DNA of 64,000 bases from Candidatus Multivoradales bacterium (GTDB lineage Bacteria; Acidobacteriota; Thermoanaerobaculia; Multivoradales; Multivoraceae). Where the stretch lies: positions 1,952,001 through 2,016,000 of the forward strand of contig CBDCWI010000001.1 of assembly GCA_965223325.1 (NCBI GenBank), in the 5' to 3' direction. Below are positions 1-8,638 of this stretch, in pieces (positions within the stretch are counted from its first letter, which is position 1; each line of letters begins with the position of its first letter). The notes beneath the pieces were generated by a model, which saw nothing but the letters and a program-made list of their open reading frames with translations, searched no databases and was not told the origin of the DNA. A program made the position numbers and the translations under genes.

Positions 1-432
1 GACCTCGACCTTCTGCACACCGAAGAGGGCGAAGGACGACAGATCGAAGCTGCCGCCCAGGGTGTCGGTGGAGTCGTTGAGGGGAACGCCGTCGAGAACG
101 AAGAGGGTGAGATTGGGATCACCGCCTCGCAGGTAGCTGGCTCCGCCGCCCCCGCGCGTTGAGGAAACCGAAAGTGCTCCCGGAACGAGTGTTAGGACCT
201 CCGAGGCGTCAGTGAGAGCGAGCTCCCGCGTCAACTCCCGGTCGACAACCGATACCGACGACGACGCCTCCAAGAGCGGCCGTGCGGTCACAGTCGCCGT
301 TTCGTAGACCACCGGCGCGCTCACCTCACGGTCAGCCGAGGGCTCATCGCCGTTGTCTGCTTGTTGCGCAACCAACGGCAGGCTCGGGGCAATGACAACC
401 AGAAGCGCCAGGACTCGCCGGAAACGGCGCAT
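1..432 (-). CDS. TonB-dependent receptor, N-terminal part (runs off window)
   Basis: Not in the ORF track. Manual translation from ATG at 432: MRRFRRVLALLVVIAPSLPLVAQQ (signal peptide) ... ETATVTARP ... YLRGGDPNLTLFVLDGVPLND ... VQKVEV, a typical plug domain. The start overlaps the MMPL stop (TGATG). Confidence 0.85.
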   Translation of the reverse strand, partial: MRRFRRVLALLVVIAPSLPLVAQQADNGDEPSADREVSAPVVYETATVTARPLLEASSSVSVVDRELTRELALTDASEVLTLVPGALSVSSTRGGGGASYLRGGDPNLTLFVLDGVPLNDSTDTLGGSFDLSSFALFGVQKVEV

Positions 433-2954
433 CACGCGGAGTGCTCACGATCTGGCTGCGGCCGGCGGGCTTCGAGGCGCGCGAAGATCGCCGGCAGGAG
501 AGTGAGCGCTGCGAAACAGGTGGTGGTCGCGCCGATCACCGCCGCAATCCCCATCGATCGCAAGCCAGGAAAGTGCGAAAAGCTCAAGCTGCCGAAGCCG
601 AGAACGGTTGTGATTGCTGCCACTGCCACCGCGCGCGCCGTCTGCTCGAGCTCGCGGTGTAGGCCGCTTTCGCGGAAGCGATGCACGAGGTGGACTCCGT
701 AGTCGACCGCAATACCGATCAACATCGCAAAGACAAAGAGGTTGAGGAAGTTCACGTCGACCCGCAGAGCGGCCATGACGCCAACCATCCACACCGCACC
801 AACGGCGAGCGGTAGCAGTGCAAGCGCCCCGAAGAGCAGCGAGCGAAACGACAGGCTCAAGAGCACGAGGACCAGCAGAAGCCCCAAGGCACCAGCAAGC
901 GCAGCGTCACGACGGACGACGCCCTTGAGTTCGCGAGTCACCATCACCGCACCGGTCAGCATCACGTCCGGATACTCGTCGGCGATCGCCTCGAGAGCCG
1001 GTGGTGGCGCGCCCCGCTCGGCCCCCGGGGCGGTGTAGGCGTAGAGCAAGGTCGCAACCTCGCCGCCCTGCTCTGACCAGTAGCGCCCGAGGACCGGAGC
1101 AAGCGAGCCGGTCGCCAGGGAACCGATGTCGAGGGGCTGGGTGAGCGTCACCGCGTGGGCGACATTGTCGATGCCCGGAGCGAAGGCTTCGGGCGCCAGG
1201 CCCGCCGCTTCGACCGCCCTGCTGAGATCGTGGCGAATCGCCTCACGGTCGAGCCCCCACGATGCCACCCTGGCGAGGGCCTCCCGCTGGCGGACCAGCG
1301 AGGGCAGAAAGTCGAGCGCCGACTCGACCCGCGCCAGACTCTTCCCACCAACCAGCTCACGAACCCTGGGTGTGACCTCTCGCACCCGCTCGAGCACCTT
1401 CTCCTGCGAGCTACCGTCGATGCGCACAAGGTAGGGAGTAAAGCGCAGGCCGAACGCGTCGGTGAGTCTTCGTTGAACCACCGCGGCGGGGTTGTCAGGC
1501 GAACGTACGACGGTCGTGTCTTCGCGGTACTCGAGGCGCGGTGCAAAACCAATCGCCGCCAGAGTAAGAAGCGCGGCGATGACGAAGACCGGCCGGGGCT
1601 GGCGGCGACTCCGCAACGCCAGGCGACCGAGACCAAAGGCGCGTAGCGTCCCGCGGCCACGCGACGGTCGATTGCCGTCGAGCACCATGAGAAGCGCCGG
1701 CAGGGTAACGAAGACCGTCATCGCGACGATCAGGATGCCAACACCGGTCAGAGCACCGAGCTCTGAAAGGCCGCGGAAGTCTGAAATCACCAGCGTCAGA
1801 AGCGTCGCCGCGGTGGTGGTGGCACCGACGACGACGCTGGGCGTCGTTTGCACCGCCAGCACCTCGAGCGACTCGGCAGCAGACCGCCCCCCGGCGCGCT
1901 CTTCGAGGTAGCGACCGTAGAGCACGATCACGAAGTCGACGCCGAGCCCGATCAACATGGCTGCGAAAGCCGACGTCGCGGCATTCAAGCGACCGTAGGC
2001 CAGCATGGCGAAAGCCGCGGTGATCGCCAGGCCGGCGAGAAGCGGCGTGAAGGCGAGTACCGCGGCACCGGGACTGCGAAAGGCAAAGGCGAACAAGATT
2101 CCCACCGCCAGAAGAGCCCCGAGCGCGCCAACGACCATATCCTGCTGAATGCGACCGCCGTCGGAGACCGCGATGGCGTGGCCACCGGCCCAGTGGATGG
2201 TTGGTGGAAGGCCTTCGTGGCCGAGCTCTCGCCACTCGCTGAGTGCCTCCTCCCTCTGCTTGTCGAGGTGGGCGATGAGATCGCGCGAAAACTGAATGTC
2301 ACCCGCCGGCTGAGACGGCTTGCCAACGATCAACAGCCATTGGTTCTCGGGGTCGAGCACGTAACCGGTCTCATCGAACCGCTCGCCAGCCTCGGACCCG
2401 ATTCCCGAAAGCGCCAGGGACGAAAGATCCAACGGGTCTTCGACCAGGAGCTCGCGCATTCCAAGGCTCATCGGAGAGCGCACGCGGGCCGCCAAACGCT
2501 CAGCAGCCAGCCGCATGCCTTCCGGAGTCAATCGGTTTCGCACCTCGTCGAGCTGGGCATCATCGAGAAACAGGGTCGCCTTGGGCAGGAGCTCGGCGAC
2601 CGCAGCCAGGAGATCTTCCTGCCGGTACTCGACCCAACGAAAGTGGTCACTGCTGCGCATCTTCCCAACCAGGAGGTCGGCGAGCTCAATGGTTGCCTCG
2701 ACCGGCTGGTCTCCCACCTCGATGCCGACCAGGAACACATCGGCCGATCCGAAGCGCTCGAGCGTCGACTGGAAGTTCTCCACCGCCTCGTTGTCACTCG
2801 GCATGAGCGAGAGAATGTCGAGCTCGGCGCGTAGACCGAGTGCCTGGACCATCGCAGCGATCACCAGCAACAGGACGCTGGTGAGCACCAGCCACGGGCG
2901 CCTGATTCCCAGGCGCACGAGCGGTGCGCCCCAGAGGAGAGGGTTCCAGTTCAT
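432..2954 (-). CDS. MMPL/RND family lipid transporter
   Basis: 840 aa, two repeats of a periplasmic domain plus TM bundle, motifs IGLGVDF and IGIAVDYGVH. Confidence 0.9.
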   Translation of the reverse strand: MNWNPLLWGAPLVRLGIRRPWLVLTSVLLLVIAAMVQALGLRAELDILSLMPSDNEAVENFQSTLERFGSADVFLVGIEVGDQPVEATIELADLLVGKMRSSDHFRWVEYRQEDLLAAVAELLPKATLFLDDAQLDEVRNRLTPEGMRLAAERLAARVRSPMSLGMRELLVEDPLDLSSLALSGIGSEAGERFDETGYVLDPENQWLLIVGKPSQPAGDIQFSRDLIAHLDKQREEALSEWRELGHEGLPPTIHWAGGHAIAVSDGGRIQQDMVVGALGALLAVGILFAFAFRSPGAAVLAFTPLLAGLAITAAFAMLAYGRLNAATSAFAAMLIGLGVDFVIVLYGRYLEERAGGRSAAESLEVLAVQTTPSVVVGATTTAATLLTLVISDFRGLSELGALTGVGILIVAMTVFVTLPALLMVLDGNRPSRGRGTLRAFGLGRLALRSRRQPRPVFVIAALLTLAAIGFAPRLEYREDTTVVRSPDNPAAVVQRRLTDAFGLRFTPYLVRIDGSSQEKVLERVREVTPRVRELVGGKSLARVESALDFLPSLVRQREALARVASWGLDREAIRHDLSRAVEAAGLAPEAFAPGIDNVAHAVTLTQPLDIGSLATGSLAPVLGRYWSEQGGEVATLLYAYTAPGAERGAPPPALEAIADEYPDVMLTGAVMVTRELKGVVRRDAALAGALGLLLVLVLLSLSFRSLLFGALALLPLAVGAVWMVGVMAALRVDVNFLNLFVFAMLIGIAVDYGVHLVHRFRESGLHRELEQTARAVAVAAITTVLGFGSLSFSHFPGLRSMGIAAVIGATTTCFAALTLLPAIFARLEARRPQPDREHSA

Positions 2955-3073
2955 CGACAGCCGATGCGGTCGTTCTGTTCGTCGTTCACAGAGATCTCTA
3001 TGGCTAGGCGCAAGCGAGACGAGCGTGAGCCTAACCGAGTCGAACGACAGAAGTAGCCAGAACTGGCCGCGAC

Positions 3074-3730
3074 TCAGGCGATCACACGCTCGAGCAGATC
3101 AGGATCCCAGTCCTCGGTCACGTAGCGGTAGATCCATGCATTCTTCGCCCGCAGACGGGCCAGGGCCTCAGGCAGATCGAGCAGCATGGTCAGGCGACGG
3201 CTCTCGGTATGGAGCTCGCCATGACGATGGGTCGCAACGGTGCGAAAGCCGAGCACGCGGCGATGGAAGTCGTAGGGGCTGTCGGGATCGTCCTCGAAGA
3301 CGTCAGTGACGTAGTGAGTGAAGCCACGCCCCACCGTTTCCGATGTCGTGCCGCGCATGAGAGCGGCCGCAATCAAGAAACTCGAACGCTGATCAGCCTT
3401 GACGGCGAAGCGACCGATCTCGGCGACCTTGTGGTGTCGCAGGAAGGCCTCGACATCGATATCGGCGTCGATGAGGTCAAAGCCGTACTCCTGGTAGAGC
3501 TCGACCGGAAGCTCATAGAGGACCCGGCAGATACCCGCTGGCTCTCCGTCGGCAAAGGCCAGATACCAGGAGATCGAGTCGTTCTCGAGATCCGACTCCG
3601 GAAACATCTGCTCCGGTGTATCGACCCAGCACTTCTCACGGCGATAGACGAGCTCCACGACGTCGAGTACCTGCTGGCGCTGTTCGGGCGTTTCCACGCG
3701 AACCGCGCGGAAGCGGTTACGAGTGCTCAT
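3074..3730 (-). CDS. GNAT-fold acyltransferase, FeeM/N-acyl amino acid synthase (LuxI-like fold)
   Basis: VAEIGRFAV motif, VYRREK near the N-terminus, FHRRVLGF. Start placed at MSTRNRF (3730) behind AGGAGG. Confidence 0.65.
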   Translation of the reverse strand: MSTRNRFRAVRVETPEQRQQVLDVVELVYRREKCWVDTPEQMFPESDLENDSISWYLAFADGEPAGICRVLYELPVELYQEYGFDLIDADIDVEAFLRHHKVAEIGRFAVKADQRSSFLIAAALMRGTTSETVGRGFTHYVTDVFEDDPDSPYDFHRRVLGFRTVATHRHGELHTESRRLTMLLDLPEALARLRAKNAWIYRYVTEDWDPDLLERVIA

Positions 3731-4556
3731 ATCGTTTCCTCCTGGCCTCTTCTGACCACTCCTTGCCACTGAGCCGCGAGATCGCGGTCATGATGCGAGC
3801 GTGGTGCTCCCGGACTGCAGTGCGATCACCCTCGTCTGCCCCGGAGGGGGCCGGAATGGCCTCGCCGAGGCGGACACGGAAGCTGCCGTAATCTGAGATC
3901 TTCTCGCCCGTCTCGTTGAAGACGATGCCACCAGGCACCACGGGAACCCCCGCGCCGATCGCGAGTCGCGCGGCGCCGTGCTGGCCGCGCAACAATTCTC
4001 GCGGGTGGCGATTGATCGTGCCTTCCGGGAAGACTCCCAACGAGCGGCCTTCGTCTAGCAGCGCCCGTGCACGCTCCATCGAGGTTCCCGGTGGCGAGAA
4101 GAACGGTTTGAGGCGATTCAAGAAACGCGGCTTGATCTTCTTGCGCATCACCAGAACGACCTGGTTCTTGCGATAGCAGAGCGACACGAACGGAACGAGC
4201 AGGAAGTTCCAGTCCGCCATGAAGTGCACCAGGCGACCACGCCGCTCCAGAATCAGGCGAGTCGGCACCAGCACTGCCTCGGGACGCTGACTGTGGTTGA
4301 GGGCGAGAATGAACGGGTCGCGTTCAGGGGCGATGTTCTCGAGGCCCTCGACACCGCGCATCCAGGGCATCGACAGCGTTGAAACGGCGCGCAGAAGAAA
4401 CCGTGTCACCCCGTCGCCCTGCAAGGGGAGGCGGCGTGTCCAGAAGTCGCCGTGACCTGAGGCGGCTCGCATCGGCGGTGCGTCGGCCGAATCGGGAGCG
4501 CTCAGAGGGGCGGGTGGAAGAGAAGCGGCTGTCATGGTTGTCGCTGGCGAGATCAC
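3717..4556 (-). CDS. PlsC-family (lysophospholipid) acyltransferase
   Basis: VEGLENI, LNHSQRPE (HxxxxD variant), GVFPEGT, VPVVP blocks. Confidence 0.85.
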   Translation of the reverse strand: MISPATTMTAASLPPAPLSAPDSADAPPMRAASGHGDFWTRRLPLQGDGVTRFLLRAVSTLSMPWMRGVEGLENIAPERDPFILALNHSQRPEAVLVPTRLILERRGRLVHFMADWNFLLVPFVSLCYRKNQVVLVMRKKIKPRFLNRLKPFFSPPGTSMERARALLDEGRSLGVFPEGTINRHPRELLRGQHGAARLAIGAGVPVVPGGIVFNETGEKISDYGSFRVRLGEAIPAPSGADEGDRTAVREHHARIMTAISRLSGKEWSEEARRKRYEHS

Positions 4557-4811
4557 AATGAGAACGACGAAGTCCCGGCCTTCGAGGGGGACTCCTGGAC
4601 GTTCGTACGCCCCGCGCTCGCCGATGGTTCGTGTCGGAATGACTTTCTGGAATGGTTCTGCGTCGAATCGTACACTCAGACGGCAGCAACGACCCGCTTC
4701 CTACGAACTTCGATAGCGTCTTCCGCTGAGCCTCCATCTCCCCGAGAATCTAGCTTTCCGAGAAGCCCCACGACCATGATCGCCGTCGCCAGAGGAAGCC
4801 GCCCGGCGGCA

Positions 4812-6209
4812 ATGAAGATCGTTCCGGCGAGCCTGACCGCGCTCTTGCTGGCGGGCTGCGGTGGTCTCCCCGAGCCAGTGACCCGGCCCGATCTCGCCGT
4901 TCGCGAGAGAGTTCCCCTGGTGTTCGTCCCTGGCGTGTTGGGTAGCAAGCTCGAGGACCGCCACACCGGACGTTCAGCCTGGGGAAAAGGCATCGACGTG
5001 CTCCTGCCACGCGACAACGGCTACGACCTCGCCGTGCCACTCGACTGGCAAGCGAGCAAAGGGCTCCCGCGGTTGGCAGCCAACGGCGTCGTCGACCGCG
5101 TGCGTCTCTTGACGGTGCGTCGCGACATCTACATTCAGTTGCAATGGTTGTTCGAGGCCAACGGTTATCGGCTTGGCTCACAGGCTGAGCCGCGCGCACA
5201 GGACGACTTCTACATGTTCTCCTACGACTACCGGCGTTCCAACGTCGCGAGCGCGATCGAGCTCTTCCGGTTCCTCGACAGTCTTCGCCGGGTCCGCGGC
5301 GAAGAGGTCCTGACCGTTGACCTGATGTGCCAGAGCAACGGCTCTCTGATCTGCCGCTACCTGAGCAAGTTCGGCGGCGTGCCCCTGGACGTAGCAGCCG
5401 CGGGCCGCGCCTTGGCACCCACCTCGATCCGCATCCGGCGACTGGCCCTCGCCGGCACATCGAACGGTGGCAGCCTGCGCACCTTTCGGGAGATCGACCG
5501 TGGACGCCAGTACCTCGGCGGCCTGGGTCGCAAGGTCCGCCCCGAAGTCACCTTCAGCTTCCGTTCGCTGTACCAGGACCTTCCTCTCGATGACACAGGC
5601 CTGTTCCTCGACAGGACTGGAAAACCGCTGGGCATCGACCTCTACGACGCCCACACCTGGCAGCGCTACGGGTGGTCGGTGTGGAGGACCGACGCACAAG
5701 CACGACTCAGAAAACCGAGGGCGCGTCGGCTCTTCGGCGACGGAGTGGAGCAACTCGCTTTTCTCGAAGAGCAGCTCAGGGCGGCAAGGGTTTTTCAAGA
5801 GACCATCATGCGCGACCCCCCGGGCTATGACGTCGAAGCGATCCTCTCGATTCAAAACGTCACGAAGCCCACCGCGGCGCGTGCCGTCGTGCGCGAGCTC
5901 ACCCACCGCAAAGGGTCGCGCTTGTTGTTCGATAGCGACCCCGACGCGGCCCAGCTCAGCGCTTCGGTTCGCGAACAACTGACCGAGCCGGGCGACGGCC
6001 ACGCGACGGTCGCCAGCCAGTTGGCGTTATCACCTGCCGAAAGGGACCGGCTGGTGGGTCCGACGGTCGCCGTGGGCGGCGAACACCATGAGGTGGTCCT
6101 GCAGCGAGAAGCTCACCACCGAATGCTCGAGTTCTTCCTGGCGCCCAACCTCGAGGCCGCCGTCCGCGCTGCCCGGCCGGTCGACCGCGCCGGTCCCGAA
6201 GAGCGGTGA
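4812..6209 (+). CDS. Lipoprotein, LCAT/PGAP1-like alpha/beta hydrolase or acyltransferase
   Basis: Lipobox LLAGC, FVPGVLGSKL, YDYRRS, nucleophile elbow CQSNG, GDG..TVASQ, late His (EHH). Confidence 0.75.
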   Translation: MKIVPASLTALLLAGCGGLPEPVTRPDLAVRERVPLVFVPGVLGSKLEDRHTGRSAWGKGIDVLLPRDNGYDLAVPLDWQASKGLPRLAANGVVDRVRLLTVRRDIYIQLQWLFEANGYRLGSQAEPRAQDDFYMFSYDYRRSNVASAIELFRFLDSLRRVRGEEVLTVDLMCQSNGSLICRYLSKFGGVPLDVAAAGRALAPTSIRIRRLALAGTSNGGSLRTFREIDRGRQYLGGLGRKVRPEVTFSFRSLYQDLPLDDTGLFLDRTGKPLGIDLYDAHTWQRYGWSVWRTDAQARLRKPRARRLFGDGVEQLAFLEEQLRAARVFQETIMRDPPGYDVEAILSIQNVTKPTAARAVVRELTHRKGSRLLFDSDPDAAQLSASVREQLTEPGDGHATVASQLALSPAERDRLVGPTVAVGGEHHEVVLQREAHHRMLEFFLAPNLEAAVRAARPVDRAGPEER

Positions 6210-7372
6210 GCCCGCTCTCACTGCGACGCGTCGCGCTCGAGTGCCTCGGGCACCTGGGGAGCGCCACAGTCGGCGGAGCAGCCGCCTCGCTCGACCCCGA
6301 CCGACTACGCCGCGCGGCCCAAAGGCGCGCCGGTCTCGAGGACTGGGGTGACCCGTCCGTTCACCGCTTTCTCGAACGCAGCACCGAAGAGCTCCGCAAC
6401 AACGGCAACCTGACGACCTTCGGGCGCCTGGCTCTGGGAAGCAACCTCGAACATCACCTCACCAATCGCCTGCAGCTCCTCGCCTCGGCAGACCTCGCCG
6501 ACACCAGCAGAGCCCTACCCGGGGGCGACCCGGTTTTCATCACCGGTCTCTACCGTTCGGGCACCACCCTTCTCCACCGCCTCCTCGCCAGCCGACCCGA
6601 TCTCCAGTCCATCCCCTATTGGCGACTCCGACGACCGGTGGTCGCGAGCCCCAGGCAAGCGAAGAGCCATCGCAGATCCGCCGTCTTCGAGTTGCGAACC
6701 CATCGCTTGATCGAACCGCGCTTCGAGAGTGCGCACCCGATGAGGGCCGACGAACCCGAGGAGTGCCTCTTTCTGTTCGAGAACGCTTGCGCCGGTACCA
6801 TGCCGTTTGTCGCCAGCGAGGCCCACGGCTTTGCAGATTGGCTGCTGGATCAAGACCTACGACCCGCCTACCGCTTCTTTCGCCAGCAACTCGAGATGCT
6901 GGCGGTTCCCGGCCGGCGGCTGGTGGTCAAGTGGCCGTTTCATCTCTGGCACCTCGACGCCCTCTTCGACGTCTTCCCGACCGCCCAGGTGATCCTCTGC
7001 GATCGCGATCCAGCCGAGGCCGTCCCGTCGTCGGCCAGTCTCGCGGCCCTGGCGCGCGCCCCGATGGTGCGCAGTTCTGACCGCCACCACCTGGGTCGTT
7101 TCTGGCTCGAGTTGAGCGCCAGCGGTACGCGCCGGGCGCGTAGAACGCTCGCCCGAGCGGCTCACAGAGACCAGATCACCATCGTGCCCTATGAGGAGCT
7201 CGTGTCGGCCCCGCACGAGACGGCGCAGAGGATCGCGACCGCTTGCGGGCTGGACGTCCCACACGAAGCTGCACCCGAGAGCCCTCGTCAGACAGCTCGC
7301 CATCGCTACAGCGCCGCCGCATTTGGCCTCGACGTCGAGGTGGTGCGCACGCAGGTCGGTCGCCTGCATTGA
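6206..7372 (+). CDS. Sulfotransferase (Sulfotransfer_3-like)
   Basis: PAPS-binding VFITGLYRSGTTLLH, VKWPFH, RDP...S. GTGA overlap with the upstream gene. Confidence 0.85.
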   Translation: MSPLSLRRVALECLGHLGSATVGGAAASLDPDRLRRAAQRRAGLEDWGDPSVHRFLERSTEELRNNGNLTTFGRLALGSNLEHHLTNRLQLLASADLADTSRALPGGDPVFITGLYRSGTTLLHRLLASRPDLQSIPYWRLRRPVVASPRQAKSHRRSAVFELRTHRLIEPRFESAHPMRADEPEECLFLFENACAGTMPFVASEAHGFADWLLDQDLRPAYRFFRQQLEMLAVPGRRLVVKWPFHLWHLDALFDVFPTAQVILCDRDPAEAVPSSASLAALARAPMVRSSDRHHLGRFWLELSASGTRRARRTLARAAHRDQITIVPYEELVSAPHETAQRIATACGLDVPHEAAPESPRQTARHRYSAAAFGLDVEVVRTQVGRLH

Positions 7373-7416
7373 TAGCTGGAGCTCGCCCCGGGTGCCAGCG
7401 CCCTTATACTGCCTCC

Positions 7417-7662
7417 ATGACCGCCAGGAAGCGAAAGCGCCGAACAGAGCCGGCGCTCTATCCAGCGCTCGAGACCTCGTTGCCCAGCCACCTGCAGGCC
7501 CGCATTCAAGCCACCGCGCAGGTGCTCGGCCTGGAGCCCGCCGAAGTCGTTCGGCAAGCGCTCGATCGGCTGGTGGCGGGTTTGAGCGAAGAGCGCATCG
7601 AACTGATCGACCGGGTGGCTGCATCGCTGGTCAATGCCAGTGAGGTCGAACCGCCGGGCTGA
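7417..7662 (+). CDS. Small protein, possible ribbon-helix-helix DNA-binding
   Basis: 81 aa from ATG 7417. LPSHLQARIQATAQVLGLEPAEVVRQALDR resembles the RHH helices. Confidence 0.5.
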   Translation: MTARKRKRRTEPALYPALETSLPSHLQARIQATAQVLGLEPAEVVRQALDRLVAGLSEERIELIDRVAASLVNASEVEPPG

Positions 7663-7698
7663 GGCGCGCGAGTCTGGCCCTCGCGGTAGGCTGCCTCG

Positions 7699-8625
7699 AT
7701 GAGTCCTTCCACAGAAGATTCCGCTGAGCCTGCTTTTCCCTCCGTCGAGACCCTGCCCTTTGGCAACACCGGCCACGCCAGCACCCGCATCATCTTCGGG
7801 GCCGCGGCCCTCGGCGCCATGTCGGAGGAGCGCGCCGCCCGCACGATGGACCTCTTCATCGAGCGCGGCATCAACCACATCGACACCGCGGCAATCTACG
7901 GCGAGTCAGAAGTGCGTCTGGCACCGTTCTTGGCCCAACACAGGCAGGAGGTCTTCCTGGCGACGAAGACCGGCAACCGCGACAGGCAGAGTGCGTGGGA
8001 CTCGATCGAGCGTTCCCTCGAGCGTCTCGGCATCGACCAGATCGATCTCATTCAGCTCCACAACCTCGTCGACCTGAAGGAGTGGGAAGAAGCCATGGGG
8101 CCAGGCGGCGCGCTAGAAGCCTGCCTCGAGGCGCGCGACCGGGGGTTGGTGCGCTTCATCGGTGTCACCGGCCACGGCACCCGCGTCGCCGAACGGCACA
8201 TCCAGTCGCTCGAACGCTTTCCCTTCGACTCGGTGCTCCTGCCCTACAACTGGACGATGATGGAAGATCCGCAGTACGCCGCAGACTTCGAGCGCCTCTA
8301 TGGCATCTGCCGAGAACGTCGCGTCGCCATGCAAACGATCAAATCAATCGCCCGACGCCGGTGGCCGGATAGCGCTGGGGAGAAGCGTTTCAGTTGGTAC
8401 GAACCCATCCGCGACCCCGAGGTCATTGCCCAGGCGGTGCGTTGGGTCCTCCATCGCGAGGGTGTCTTTCTCAACACCTCGAGCGATGCGACGCTGCTCA
8501 CGGCGACCCTCGACGCTGCCGCGGCAGAAACGACGGTACCGAGCCGCGACGAGATCGCCACTCATATTGCCGAGCTCGAACTGCAGCCGCTGTTCGTTCG
8601 CGGGAAGCGCGAAGGCGTCGCCTGA
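7699..8625 (+). CDS. Aldo/keto reductase
   Basis: GINHIDTAAIYGESE, LATKT, SLERLGIDQIDLIQLH. Confidence 0.92.
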   Translation: MSPSTEDSAEPAFPSVETLPFGNTGHASTRIIFGAAALGAMSEERAARTMDLFIERGINHIDTAAIYGESEVRLAPFLAQHRQEVFLATKTGNRDRQSAWDSIERSLERLGIDQIDLIQLHNLVDLKEWEEAMGPGGALEACLEARDRGLVRFIGVTGHGTRVAERHIQSLERFPFDSVLLPYNWTMMEDPQYAADFERLYGICRERRVAMQTIKSIARRRWPDSAGEKRFSWYEPIRDPEVIAQAVRWVLHREGVFLNTSSDATLLTATLDAAAAETTVPSRDEIATHIAELELQPLFVRGKREGVA

Positions 8626-8638
8626 CCCGCTCGCCGGT

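Noticed and set aside
2960-3065. Structured RNA between the GNAT and MMPL genes
   Set aside because: Only short imperfect inverted repeats are present (TAGGC/GCCTA, TCGTTC/GAACGA), which is not distinguishable from chance.
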